Assembly (NCBI GenBank): GCA_964617235.1
Contig: CAZTVY010000001.1
Span: forward strand, 1-39,072
Reading direction: 5' to 3'
Origin: an uncultured Rikenellaceae bacterium
Lineage (GTDB): Bacteria; Bacteroidota; Bacteroidia; Bacteroidales; Tenuifilaceae
Length of the DNA: 39,072 nucleotides
Part shown: positions 27,538 to 37,483 of the stretch, piece by piece
How positions within the stretch are numbered: position 1 is the stretch's first letter
Layout: every line of letters begins with the position of its first letter
Notes under the pieces: generated by a model
What the model was told of the DNA's origin: nothing
The model's database searches: none
What the model saw: only the letters and a program-made list of their open reading frames with translations
Program-made: the position numbers and the translations under genes

Positions 27538-30402
27538 TTGAGGAAAGTTTTTATATTAGGCATTCTCCTTTTTTGTGCTTATGGGTTAAAAGCACAATAC
27601 TTCGAAACGGGCGTTGAGCCCTTTTCGGTTAAATGGAGACAGATTTCCAAAGGAAAAATCAGGCTGATTTACCCTTTGGGAACAGATAGTATTGCCCAAA
27701 ATTATCTCTCACTTCTTTCTGTAACCGACACCCTGTTGGGCAAAGACTACTGTTTAGGTGTAACAAAACTTAGCGTAGTGCTTCACCCAAACACGACACT
27801 ATCCAATGGATTTGTGGCATGGGCACCTCGCAGAATGGAACTTATTACGCATCCAGCTTATGGTGGTTATGCACAACCTTGGAGTCAGCAATTGGCCATA
27901 CATGAAATGCGCCATGTTAAGCAGCTCTTCGCCCTAAACCGAAACACGGTAAAATTCGCCTCATACCTATTTGGCCAACAGGCCACAGGTTTGGCTGCAG
28001 GTTTTGTTCCCATGTGGTACTTGGAGGGCGATGCTGTTGCCGCTGAAACAGCATTTTCACACAGCGGTAGAAGTAGAACAGCAAATTTTTATCAGCATTA
28101 TAGGGCTCATTTGCTCAGTAATTCTAATAATTATGGGTACGACAAATGGCTATTGGGCTCATATAAAAACTATATTCCAAATCATTATAGTTTAGGTTAT
28201 CAAATAGTTGCTTATGGTAACCTAAAGTACGGAAGTAATGTTTGGGCAAACACTATAGATTATGTTTCACGTAAGCCATATACTATTTTCCCATTTTACT
28301 TTGGATTGAAAAAAGAAACAGGACTATCCCGTAAAAGTCTTTCTGAACAAGCATTTGCATATCAGGATAGCATTTGGACTAATTCCGAGAACAGTCAAGT
28401 TTACGATAAGATAGATATTATCAATAACAAGCATAACGAGTATGCAAACTACTTGTATCCTTACATTTTGAACGATTCTACAATATTAGCTTACAAAACA
28501 TCATTAAAAGATATTCCCGCATTTATTTCCGTTGATACAAGGACTGGGACAGAAAAAGTTTTGACCTACCCTGGATATTTACTTGGAAAACCATTCATAA
28601 ACGACACTCTAATTGTTTGGGCTGAGTATAAACCGCATACCCGCTGGGAGTATAAAAGTTATGGCCAAATTAATGTTTTTAACATCAGAACATCTTCCAA
28701 AAAAACAATATCTCGAAAGGGAATGCTTGGTTCTCCTGTTGTTCATCCAGTAAATGGTGAAATTTACTGCCTAGAGTATTTGTCTAAAGGGCAAAGTCAG
28801 TTAATAAACTTAACCGACAGCAAGATATCTCCTTTATACATTTTCGATTATAGCATTGAACCATTCGAGTTGATTGTTGACCCTAAAAATCCGTGCATAT
28901 ATGCAGGTGTTGTAACCCCGAATGGTAAGGAGATATGGAAACTAGAGGGAGACAATCACTCCAAAATATTTGGCCCAACTTTTATGGATATCAACTCAAT
29001 TCAAATCAAGGGCGATTCGTTATTTTTCTCTGCATCAAGTTCCATTAAGGAGGAAATATATTACACTAATTTACTAAATAACAAGACATATAGGCTTATT
29101 AATTCAATCTATAGTTTAAATTATTTCAGTAACAATCAGCAAGAAAACACAACTGTATCGGCATATACTGAAAATGGTTATAGAATTGGACGTGTAGGAA
29201 ATTTTGGAACGCCCATAGAGGTTAATATCCAAAGTTCTGTTAACGACAACTATACCTCGGCTCTATCAGGTAAAGTTGGTGTAAGGATTGACACCCTTAA
29301 AATCAACTCAATATTTTATCCCTCTAAACCATATAGGGGGTTGGGGACGCTTTTCAACGTTCATAGCTGGGCTCCTTTTTACTTTAACCCTTATAACACA
29401 AACCCAGAGGAATCAAAAATAAAACATGGTGCAACGGTTATGTCGCAAAATCTAACAGGATCAACTGTTATGGTGCTTGGCTATGGTTATGGAACAAATC
29501 ATCTTGTAAATGCAAATATACGTTACGCTGGTTTTTGGCCTGTTTTCTCTTTTGGTTTTGAACAGTTTGACGAGACCGCTTGGCTTTACCGTGTTAATAC
29601 CTACGATGTGCCAAACAAACATTACAGAAATAGGTTTAAACTATTCAGTTATTTACCTTTCACTTTAAGTAAAAATAGTTATTATACATATTTACAAATT
29701 TTTAATAGTAGCGAAAGAACTAACGACTATTTATTCGATGATAAAATTGTTCGTTACAAATCAGGACTATTCACAATGAATAATGGACTTTATTTTCGAG
29801 CAACCAGGAGCATGGCTCATCGTGATTTGTTGCCCCGCCTAGGAATTGAGTTTACGGCGATGCATGTTAATGCTCCTTATAACAGAAATAATATTGGAAA
29901 TCTGAGCGCAATTAAATCAACTCTATACCTTCCGGGTGTATGGCAAAATCAACACCTAAAACTTAGTGCATCTTTACAAAAGCAAGGTTTGAAACGCTAT
30001 TACCTTTCCAACAAGATTGATGCGCCTAGGGGTTACAACCTTTATAGGTCAGAGAACTTCCGTGGATTTTCCATGGACTATTTAATGCCAATTGCTTATC
30101 CTGATAGGGCAATAGGTTCGCTAACGTACATCAAGCGTTTTTCTTTGGATATATTTTTCGATTATGCTAAAAACACTTACCCTGCAAAAGTAAACAATCA
30201 AATTGTGACATGGAACGAGAATATGCAATCGGTAGGTTTTGAGGTAAATATCGATTTGCATTTCCTGCGAACACGGTATCCATTCCGAATTAAATACCAA
30301 CAGGCATTTACAGGTAATAATTTTGCCGCTTTCTCAAACCTAAGTATGGTTTACGATATATACGGCGGTTTTAACAATAGGACAAAACATATAGAACATT
30401 AA
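27538..30402 (+). CDS. Large exported protein: N-terminal zincin-like domain (HExxH), probable beta-propeller middle, probable C-terminal outer-membrane beta-barrel
   Basis: Signal peptide ending LKAQ; AIHEMRH...PMWYLEGDA; C-terminal PRGY, YLMPIAYPD, FFDYA and SVGFE patterns. Propeller and barrel calls are by eye. Confidence 0.65.
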   Translation: MRKVFILGILLFCAYGLKAQYFETGVEPFSVKWRQISKGKIRLIYPLGTDSIAQNYLSLLSVTDTLLGKDYCLGVTKLSVVLHPNTTLSNGFVAWAPRRMELITHPAYGGYAQPWSQQLAIHEMRHVKQLFALNRNTVKFASYLFGQQATGLAAGFVPMWYLEGDAVAAETAFSHSGRSRTANFYQHYRAHLLSNSNNYGYDKWLLGSYKNYIPNHYSLGYQIVAYGNLKYGSNVWANTIDYVSRKPYTIFPFYFGLKKETGLSRKSLSEQAFAYQDSIWTNSENSQVYDKIDIINNKHNEYANYLYPYILNDSTILAYKTSLKDIPAFISVDTRTGTEKVLTYPGYLLGKPFINDTLIVWAEYKPHTRWEYKSYGQINVFNIRTSSKKTISRKGMLGSPVVHPVNGEIYCLEYLSKGQSQLINLTDSKISPLYIFDYSIEPFELIVDPKNPCIYAGVVTPNGKEIWKLEGDNHSKIFGPTFMDINSIQIKGDSLFFSASSSIKEEIYYTNLLNNKTYRLINSIYSLNYFSNNQQENTTVSAYTENGYRIGRVGNFGTPIEVNIQSSVNDNYTSALSGKVGVRIDTLKINSIFYPSKPYRGLGTLFNVHSWAPFYFNPYNTNPEESKIKHGATVMSQNLTGSTVMVLGYGYGTNHLVNANIRYAGFWPVFSFGFEQFDETAWLYRVNTYDVPNKHYRNRFKLFSYLPFTLSKNSYYTYLQIFNSSERTNDYLFDDKIVRYKSGLFTMNNGLYFRATRSMAHRDLLPRLGIEFTAMHVNAPYNRNNIGNLSAIKSTLYLPGVWQNQHLKLSASLQKQGLKRYYLSNKIDAPRGYNLYRSENFRGFSMDYLMPIAYPDRAIGSLTYIKRFSLDIFFDYAKNTYPAKVNNQIVTWNENMQSVGFEVNIDLHFLRTRYPFRIKYQQAFTGNNFAAFSNLSMVYDIYGGFNNRTKHIEH

Positions 30403-30429
30403 AAAGCTAAAAATCGTACAAGGAAAAAT

Positions 30430-30978
30430 ATGGAATCGATTTTTGAATATAAGAACCAACTCCGCAAGGAAATAAGGCAACTGAAAAAGCAAGTTGATGC
30501 TGAAACATCAAAACAAAAAGCAAGAATTGTTTTTGCCGAGGTTGAGACACTGGAAGAGTTTAAACAAGCCGATGTTGTACTTGCGTTTTGGTCCCTACCC
30601 GACGAACTGCCTACTCACGAATTTGTAATGAAGTGGAGTAGTAGCAAAAAAATTGTACTACCTGTTGTTGTGGGCAATGATTTGGAGTTACGCCTTTTTG
30701 AAGGTGCAGAGCAACTTGAGCAAAGCAACCACTTTGGCATTATGGAGCCCAAAACAGGAAAAATAGTAGACCCAAAGGAAATAGACTTTGCCATAATTCC
30801 CGGAGTGGCTTTTGACAAAAAAGGAAATAGATTGGGTAGAGGCAAGGGTTATTACGATAGGCTGATGCCGCAGTTTAGGGAAATTACAAGGGTAGGCGTG
30901 GGCTACGAATTTCAACTGGTTGAATCAGTTCCTGTAACCCAATTTGATTTACCTGTTGATATAGTTATATGCAACTAA
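30430..30978 (+). CDS. ygfA: 5-formyltetrahydrofolate cyclo-ligase
   Basis: K..LRK, FGIMEP, IIPGVAFD..GNRLGRGKGYYDR and D.PVD. Confidence 0.93.
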   Translation: MESIFEYKNQLRKEIRQLKKQVDAETSKQKARIVFAEVETLEEFKQADVVLAFWSLPDELPTHEFVMKWSSSKKIVLPVVVGNDLELRLFEGAEQLEQSNHFGIMEPKTGKIVDPKEIDFAIIPGVAFDKKGNRLGRGKGYYDRLMPQFREITRVGVGYEFQLVESVPVTQFDLPVDIVICN

Positions 30979-31008
30979 TTGTTTTTTAATAATATAAAAA
31001 TTGCTTTT

Positions 31009-33729
31009 ATGAGACTTTTTTACACATTACATTGGAAAGGAATTGGAGGTGAAATTACAAGAAGGGCTAACCTTTTGTTGCTTTTCGTCTTACTATCGTC
31101 GCTATCCTTATTTGGTCAGATTCCTGCTGGCTACTATGATGGGGCAAATGGGAAAACTGGAGCAGAACTCAAGACAGCCCTTTACAATATTGTTAAAGGT
31201 CACACAGATAAAGGTTACGATGGCCTTTACACGGTTTACACCACTTCCGACAATTTACCTTCTGGCAAAGTTTGGGATATGTATTCTATTAAAGCCGACG
31301 GAACTGCAAATTATTGGTATAGCCATACATCAGGAGACAGGTGTGGATCATACAGCGGAGAGGGCGATTGCTATAACCGTGAGCATACGTTTTGCGATAG
31401 TTGGTTAGGAAAAGCCTCTCCTCAAAGATCCGATGCTCATCACGTAGTTCCAACTGATGGTTACGTTAACAACAGAAGAAGTAGTTTTCCTCATGGAAAA
31501 GTCGGTTCTGCTTCTTGGACTTCTACTAATGGAAGTAAACTTGGTAGTTCCGATGCCTCAACAGGATATTCAGGAACTGTATTTGAGCCCATTGATGAAT
31601 TTAAGGGTGATTTTGCTCGCATGTACTTTTACATGGCCACCCGTTACGAAAATTTGATAGCAGGTTGGGCTAATAATGGTTCTGCAAATGAAATATTAGC
31701 AGGTAATTCCTACCCCGCCTACAAAACTTGGTTTAAAAATTTAATGTTGCAATGGCATAACCTTGACCCTGTAAGTCAGAAAGAAGTTGATAGGAACAAT
31801 GCTATTTACGCCTTACAACACAACCGTAATCCGTTTATTGATAAACCTGAATATGCAGAAATGATTTGGGGCGATGGAACGGTTAGCGTTGCATTCACAA
31901 GCACTCCTTCAACATCAATTCAGGCAGGAGCAAGTTACAACTACAATATAACTGTAACTGGAAAACCTGGAGCTACTTTTACGATAACTGCACCAACAAC
32001 ACCAAGTTGGTTAACGTTAACCTCAACAGGAAATGGGACAGCAACACTAACAGGAACTCCATTAGAGATTAATGTTGGTAACAATTCTGTTGTATTAAGG
32101 GCAACCGATGGAACAACTACAAAGGAGCAGAGTTTTACTATTAATGTTATTTCTGTAAATCAGCCCCTTCAGTTTACCAGTACTCCAATAACAACTGGGC
32201 AAGTTGATGTTTCTTATAGTTACAACATAACCCTAACAGGGAACAGCGGAGCAACTTTTACAATAACCGCCCCAACTAAACCAAGCTGGCTAAACCTTAG
32301 CAATACGGGAAATGGAACAGCAACTCTTTCGGGTACTCCAACGTCTGGGGATTTAGGGAACAACTCTGTGGTTCTTAATGGCAGTGATGGTTCAACTAGC
32401 GTGGAACAGTCTTTTTCAATAAATGTTACTGATGCCAGTTCAGGAAATAGCAATATTGAAACGTTCGAGAAGATGCCAGCCGTTTCTTCTTCTTACTCAA
32501 GCAGAAGCTGGATAGGAGATAATAACATTACTTGGTCAGCAATAGCGGCTAGAACTGATGAAGAAATAAACAACAGGGCTATTTGTTTAAAGAATCAAAC
32601 AAGCCCATTGCCATACGTGCAATCTCAAACTATAGTAGGAGGATGTACTCAAATTACCTTTAAACATCAACAAAAGTATACTGGCACGGGGGGAGTTATC
32701 AAATTACTTGTTAATGATACGGAAATAGGAACAGCCAATGTTACTAGTGCTGCAGAAACTTCAACTTTCAGTGTCCCTGGGGTAACTGGTGATTTTGTTA
32801 TAAAACTTGAAAGCAATGGATTAACACGTATTGCTATTGACGACCTAGAATGGCAAACCGCATCGTCATCAACAAATGAAAATCCAGAAATTGTTGCTGT
32901 TACAAATTCGCCCCTTAGTCCTGTTACAGGACAACCTATTACGTTATCGGCGGAAGTTGATGATGTTGATGGAACAGTTGAATCAGTTATTCTACAATGG
33001 GGAACAGAAGTTGATAACTTGAGCAATTCCATAACAATGAACGAAAGCGGCGAACTTTTCACCGGTACTATTCCTGCACAAGTAAGTGTAGGAACTATTT
33101 ACTATAAAATAATTGCAACCGATAATGAGGGAGGAACGGTTTCGTTTATTGGCTATATTGTTGTTGGCGAAAACCAACTACCAAGCATCACTGGTGAAAA
33201 CCGAAATCCTGCAAACCCAACATCTGCTGATAACGTTGGTATTTCGGCAACAGTTACCGACCCTGAGGGTAGGTTAAGTACCGTTCAACTTCAATGGGGA
33301 ACTGCATCCAATGCTTTGAGCAATGTGCTTTCAATGACCAATAGCTCATCAACCTATAGCGCAACAATACCAGCACAAACCACAGGAACTATAGTTTACT
33401 ATAAGATTAAGGCGACAGACCAAGAAGGTTATATCTCTGAAAGTTCAATACAGAACTATACCGTTAGTCCTGCTACTGGCATTGGCGATAACCAACAAAG
33501 TAAGATTACTGTTTACCCAAACCCATTTAGCGAGACGCTTAATGTAATTGTTGATGGTTCGGGTTCAACAAAGGTTACTGTAATGGATATTATTGGAAAG
33601 ATTGTATGCTCCGCAGATTTCTCCGATAAAACATATCCTATAAATACCAGCAATTTAAAAGCGGGCATTTATATTGTAAAAATAATAAATGAAGGAAAAA
33701 CAACTGTTAGTAGAGTAGTGAAGCGATAG
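31009..33729 (+). CDS. Secreted endonuclease I family (EndA/Bsn-like) nuclease with Ig-like repeats and T9SS C-terminal domain
   Basis: YNREH, SDAHH..PTDGYVNNRRS, FEP.DEFKGD.AR.YFYMATRY and Q.NRNPFID; CTD VYPNPF...GIYIVKI. ATG at 31009 preferred over TTG at 30979. Confidence 0.9.
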   Translation: MRLFYTLHWKGIGGEITRRANLLLLFVLLSSLSLFGQIPAGYYDGANGKTGAELKTALYNIVKGHTDKGYDGLYTVYTTSDNLPSGKVWDMYSIKADGTANYWYSHTSGDRCGSYSGEGDCYNREHTFCDSWLGKASPQRSDAHHVVPTDGYVNNRRSSFPHGKVGSASWTSTNGSKLGSSDASTGYSGTVFEPIDEFKGDFARMYFYMATRYENLIAGWANNGSANEILAGNSYPAYKTWFKNLMLQWHNLDPVSQKEVDRNNAIYALQHNRNPFIDKPEYAEMIWGDGTVSVAFTSTPSTSIQAGASYNYNITVTGKPGATFTITAPTTPSWLTLTSTGNGTATLTGTPLEINVGNNSVVLRATDGTTTKEQSFTINVISVNQPLQFTSTPITTGQVDVSYSYNITLTGNSGATFTITAPTKPSWLNLSNTGNGTATLSGTPTSGDLGNNSVVLNGSDGSTSVEQSFSINVTDASSGNSNIETFEKMPAVSSSYSSRSWIGDNNITWSAIAARTDEEINNRAICLKNQTSPLPYVQSQTIVGGCTQITFKHQQKYTGTGGVIKLLVNDTEIGTANVTSAAETSTFSVPGVTGDFVIKLESNGLTRIAIDDLEWQTASSSTNENPEIVAVTNSPLSPVTGQPITLSAEVDDVDGTVESVILQWGTEVDNLSNSITMNESGELFTGTIPAQVSVGTIYYKIIATDNEGGTVSFIGYIVVGENQLPSITGENRNPANPTSADNVGISATVTDPEGRLSTVQLQWGTASNALSNVLSMTNSSSTYSATIPAQTTGTIVYYKIKATDQEGYISESSIQNYTVSPATGIGDNQQSKITVYPNPFSETLNVIVDGSGSTKVTVMDIIGKIVCSADFSDKTYPINTSNLKAGIYIVKIINEGKTTVSRVVKR
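31894..32430 (+). repeat. Two tandem 93-codon Ig-like repeats within the endonuclease
   Basis: FTSTP...YNIT.TG..GATFTITAPT.PSWL...GNGTATL.GTP...GNNSVVL...EQSF.INV at 31894 and 32173. A second repeat pair (SA.V.D..G...LQWGT...LSN...IPAQ...YYKI.ATD.EG) lies at about 32875-33465. Confidence 0.85.
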
Positions 33730-33746
33730 TGTATCCAATCAATAAG

Positions 33747-33779
33747 TAAAAACGCCATCCTTGTTAGATGGCGTTTTTA
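33747..33779. terminator. Bidirectional intrinsic terminator
   Basis: TAAAAACGCCATC-N7-GATGGCGTTTTTA between convergent genes. Confidence 0.85.
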
Positions 33780-33787
33780 TTTTCTTT

Positions 33788-34324
33788 TTATTTTACAGGT
33801 TGAGGAACATCTATTCTTTCAACTTTAAATTTACCTTTCACAGGGTATGATACTTCTGTTTTTTTATCAAGAAAAAACGTTCCCTCATAATTACCTTCTA
33901 TGTATCCTCCAACATTACCTACTTTGGTAACCGTGGTGGTAAAATCATCCGAATAAATCCAAAATCCAGAAGTTTTCGCAGGTATATAAATTGCAACGTT
34001 TGCTGATGATTCAAACTCACCTTCAGTGCTGCCATAGATGTAATAGTTGTAATCAAGCACAATATCGTTATCAACTACTAATGCCGAATCAGGCTCTATT
34101 CTTATCATATTAACTTCTTTGGAATCCATTGGTGACAAGTATCCAACGTGTAAAGCTGGACTTCCCAAATTAAAAATTGGACTTGTAAATGTAGAATCGC
34201 CAACAGTAAACTCGCCCATAATTCTAATGTAGTTTTCTGTAGAATCTACGCTTTCCTTCTGACAGGAAACAAAGGTTACCCCCAATAGGGTAATTACCGT
34301 AATAAATGTTAGTAGTTTTTTCAT
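33788..34324 (-). CDS. Hypothetical lipoprotein, paralog of 13157..13699
   Basis: Lipobox FVSC; end-to-end similarity to the 13.2-13.7 kb lipoprotein. Confidence 0.8.
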   Translation of the reverse strand: MKKLLTFITVITLLGVTFVSCQKESVDSTENYIRIMGEFTVGDSTFTSPIFNLGSPALHVGYLSPMDSKEVNMIRIEPDSALVVDNDIVLDYNYYIYGSTEGEFESSANVAIYIPAKTSGFWIYSDDFTTTVTKVGNVGGYIEGNYEGTFFLDKKTEVSYPVKGKFKVERIDVPQPVK

Positions 34325-34397
34325 GTTCTTTGAATTTAATTTGATTATAAAATAACGTCAATTATAATAAATTTTTTAAACTTTAACGTGTTTAGAA

Positions 34398-36683
34398 TTA
34401 ATATTTACTTGTCATTTCAAACACCAACTCCCCTCCTTCCATCAAATCGGAATGCTTTAGCTGATTATTTAAAACAGGCTTTCCGTTAAGGAGAATTCTT
34501 TTAACATAAACATTTTTGGGTGATTGATTTTCAGCAGAAATTCTCAGCGATTTGCCATTCTCAAAATTCAGCGTGGCTGATTTTACCAAAGGACTTCCTG
34601 TTGAGTAAAAATCCGATGCAGGTGCAACAGGGTAAAATCCCAAAGCGCTGAATATGAACCAGGCGCTCATTTGTCCACAATCGTCGTTACCGCCAAGGCC
34701 ATCGGGTTTGGGTTTGTACATCTTCTCGCAAATCATCCGAACGGTTTGCTGGGTTTTCCAAGGCTTGTCGGTCCAGTTATAAAGATATGCAACGTGATGC
34801 GACGGTTCGTTACCGTGCACATAGTTCCCAATTAAACCATCGCGGGTTATATCCTCGGTGCCCTCAAAGTACTTATCGGGTAGGTGCATTGTGAAAAGGG
34901 AATCGAGATAAATCCCAAATTTCTTTTTACCTCCATACAGGTTAACTAGCGCTTCAGGATTGTGCGGAACGTACAAGCTGTAGTTCCACGAGTTTCCTTC
35001 AATAAAACCCTGCCCGTGAGTGCTTAGTACATCAAAATCGGACTTAAAGGTTCCATCGGAAAGACGTGGACGGGTAAATCCAATTGACTTATCGAAAACG
35101 TTGATGAAGTTTGTTGAGCGTTTGTTAAACTCATCGTAAATGTCCATTCTATTAAGCTTCTTGGCCAGCTGTGCTATGCACCAGTCGTCGTAGGCGTATT
35201 CCAAGGTTTTGGAGACGGAACTACCCGATTTATCCTCGGGAATATAACCCAACTTCATATAATCGCCCAATCCATCGTACCAGTCATTCTTTGCACAACG
35301 AACCGATGCTTCAAGCGCATAGTTTAAATCGAAGTTGTCGTTACCCTTTATTGCCGCATCGGCAATAACCGATACGGAATGGTAGCCAATCATACACCAG
35401 TTCTCGTTTGCATAGTGCGACCAAACTGGCAGCATAGCGTGAACGCTTTGCTTGTAGTGCGCCAGCATCGATTTTATCATACTAGCATTACGGCTCGGTT
35501 GAATAATATTAAATAGTGGATGCAACGCACGATAGGTGTCCCATAACGAAAAAGTTGTGTAATTATCAAAATCGGAAGCTGTGTGAATGTTTTGGTCCAA
35601 TCCACGATACTTTCTATCGGTATCTATATAAATAGTTGGCCCTAAATAGGTGTGATATAGCGATGTATAAAAATTGATTTTATCGTCGTTGGTGAGTGTT
35701 TCAACATCAATCTTACCAAGTTCATTGTTCCACTGCTGCTGGCCTTGAAGCTTGATTGAATCGAAATCCCAATTTGGCGTTTCGGCAACCATATTGTCCA
35801 AAGCACCGTTGGTGCTAACAGGCGAAATGGCAACTTTAAGCATTATCCTCTCTCCCTCACTAGTGGAAAAATCGAAATGGCAACAAATTTGTCGACCAGC
35901 ATTCTCTGGGAAATTGCTATTCTGGTTGAACTTTCTCCAGAATCCACGGTAAACCAAGTTTTCGCCATTTACAATACCGTAAGTTTTAAAAGGTTTGGAA
36001 AACGTAATGGCAAAGTAAACCGTACGGGTTCTTGCCCAACCGTGGGTTTGTCGATACCCAGTAATCAACGTATCGCTCTCTACGCGGACAAATGTCCAAA
36101 CGTTCTTATCGGAGTAGTTGTAAATTCCGTGAATTAAATCGAGGACAATATGTGCCGAATCGGATTTTGGGAATGTGTACTCATGCACCCCAACTCTAGC
36201 CGTTGTTGTAAGTTCAGCATTGATATTGTAATCTAAAAGATTAACCTGATAGTAGTTTGGCTCAGCAGATTCCTGCTTATGAGAAAATTTAGAGCGATAG
36301 CCAGAGTTTGGATTTGATGCAGTACCTGGATTCAACTTTAACTTGCCAACAGTAGGCATAATAAGAATATCGCCTAAATCTGAATGACCTGTACCGCTGA
36401 AATGTGTATGGCTAAAACCAACAATGGTGCTATCGGTGTACTGGTACCCTGCGCAATACTTGTAAGCATCGGGGTTGTACTTGCCGTTAACGGCATAGGG
36501 AATTGTGTCGGTATCGGGACTAAGTTGAACGGCTCCAAAAGGAACAGTTGCTCCCGGAAAGGTGTGCCCCATACGCTCAGTTCCAATAAAAGGATTTACC
36601 CATTGGATGTAATTTTTAGTAATTTGCGAATGGCTAACTAAATTAAAAACTAAGAAAACGATGGTTAGGTTTAAGTATTTCAT
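34398..36683 (-). CDS. GH92 alpha-mannosidase (alpha-1,2-mannosidase-like), secreted
   Basis: VNPFIGT, GFSHTHFSGTG, FSLWDTYRA, LEYAYDD, EGNSWNY, HGNEPSHH and GNDDCGQMSAW; signal peptide begins at the ATG at 36683. Confidence 0.93.
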   Translation of the reverse strand: MKYLNLTIVFLVFNLVSHSQITKNYIQWVNPFIGTERMGHTFPGATVPFGAVQLSPDTDTIPYAVNGKYNPDAYKYCAGYQYTDSTIVGFSHTHFSGTGHSDLGDILIMPTVGKLKLNPGTASNPNSGYRSKFSHKQESAEPNYYQVNLLDYNINAELTTTARVGVHEYTFPKSDSAHIVLDLIHGIYNYSDKNVWTFVRVESDTLITGYRQTHGWARTRTVYFAITFSKPFKTYGIVNGENLVYRGFWRKFNQNSNFPENAGRQICCHFDFSTSEGERIMLKVAISPVSTNGALDNMVAETPNWDFDSIKLQGQQQWNNELGKIDVETLTNDDKINFYTSLYHTYLGPTIYIDTDRKYRGLDQNIHTASDFDNYTTFSLWDTYRALHPLFNIIQPSRNASMIKSMLAHYKQSVHAMLPVWSHYANENWCMIGYHSVSVIADAAIKGNDNFDLNYALEASVRCAKNDWYDGLGDYMKLGYIPEDKSGSSVSKTLEYAYDDWCIAQLAKKLNRMDIYDEFNKRSTNFINVFDKSIGFTRPRLSDGTFKSDFDVLSTHGQGFIEGNSWNYSLYVPHNPEALVNLYGGKKKFGIYLDSLFTMHLPDKYFEGTEDITRDGLIGNYVHGNEPSHHVAYLYNWTDKPWKTQQTVRMICEKMYKPKPDGLGGNDDCGQMSAWFIFSALGFYPVAPASDFYSTGSPLVKSATLNFENGKSLRISAENQSPKNVYVKRILLNGKPVLNNQLKHSDLMEGGELVFEMTSKY

Positions 36684-36762
36684 ATTGTTTGGAGTTTTGA
36701 CTTTATGGCTTTTAGGCTGGAGGTATTGTTTTCTTTCACGATCAACGAACAACACACAACCA

Positions 36763-37344
36763 TCAACTATCTCGAAGAACCAAGAACCCAATTTCATTTG
36801 GGTGATCCTGTATTAAATGCTTCTTATCAACCTTAATCAACTTGAAGAGAACCATTAAATCGCCTCCAGCTGCACCAATAAAAAAGATACCGAGTAATAG
36901 CAACCAGCCGTGGCCAAATATCAGGGAAACTATCACCGGAAACAAACCCAGAACCAGTCCCGGCATTATTCCTCCAAGTAGATAATGATTTCGTTTTAAT
37001 GGCTCGTTGCAATGACAGTATGGAGTCAGGTAGGCCCACTTTACTCCAAAGCGAATGGATTTTAAATGTCCTTTGGCGAATAGTCCCCAGGTTAATCCGT
37101 GTAAACCCTCGTGCATAACAATTCCCAGAATCAAGATTAAAAGGAGCAGCACCTGGTGAGAACGAAGAAACGTGAAACCTTCAAAAAATGGTTGCCAGCC
37201 CCAAACTAGAACAAACGGAACAATACAGATAATTGCTATTGGCAAAAGCATTGCGAATGCTATTATGTTGGCATTCAATGCCGACATTGTTTCGGATTTG
37301 ATTACCATGCTCTCATCAACACTGTTTTCTATTTCTGAACCCAT
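36763..37344 (-). CDS. DUF3267 family membrane protein (putative zincin metalloprotease)
   Basis: HEGLHG in a TM helix, PYCHC and GAAGGD...DHP. Confidence 0.8.
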   Translation of the reverse strand: MGSEIENSVDESMVIKSETMSALNANIIAFAMLLPIAIICIVPFVLVWGWQPFFEGFTFLRSHQVLLLLILILGIVMHEGLHGLTWGLFAKGHLKSIRFGVKWAYLTPYCHCNEPLKRNHYLLGGIMPGLVLGLFPVIVSLIFGHGWLLLLGIFFIGAAGGDLMVLFKLIKVDKKHLIQDHPNEIGFLVLRDS

Positions 37345-37456
37345 ACTGTTTTAATTAAAAGTGTTGAAAGGTAAATAAAATAACTAATTGATAGTAATGA
37401 TTTTAATCATTTAGATTGTTTAAGACATTCTGTTACCACACTTTGGGAGTTATATA

Positions 37457-37464
37457 TATCTTTG
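37457..37464 (+). promoter_or_regulatory. -7 element (TATCTTTG) for the U32 gene
   Basis: Consensus match 19 nt upstream of the ATG. Confidence 0.6.
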
Positions 37465-37483
37465 CAGGGCAAAACGGAATGAT

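Noticed and set aside
36684-36797. N-terminal extension of GH92 overlapping DUF3267
   Set aside because: The signal peptide begins at the ATG at 36683; the extension is an open-frame artefact.
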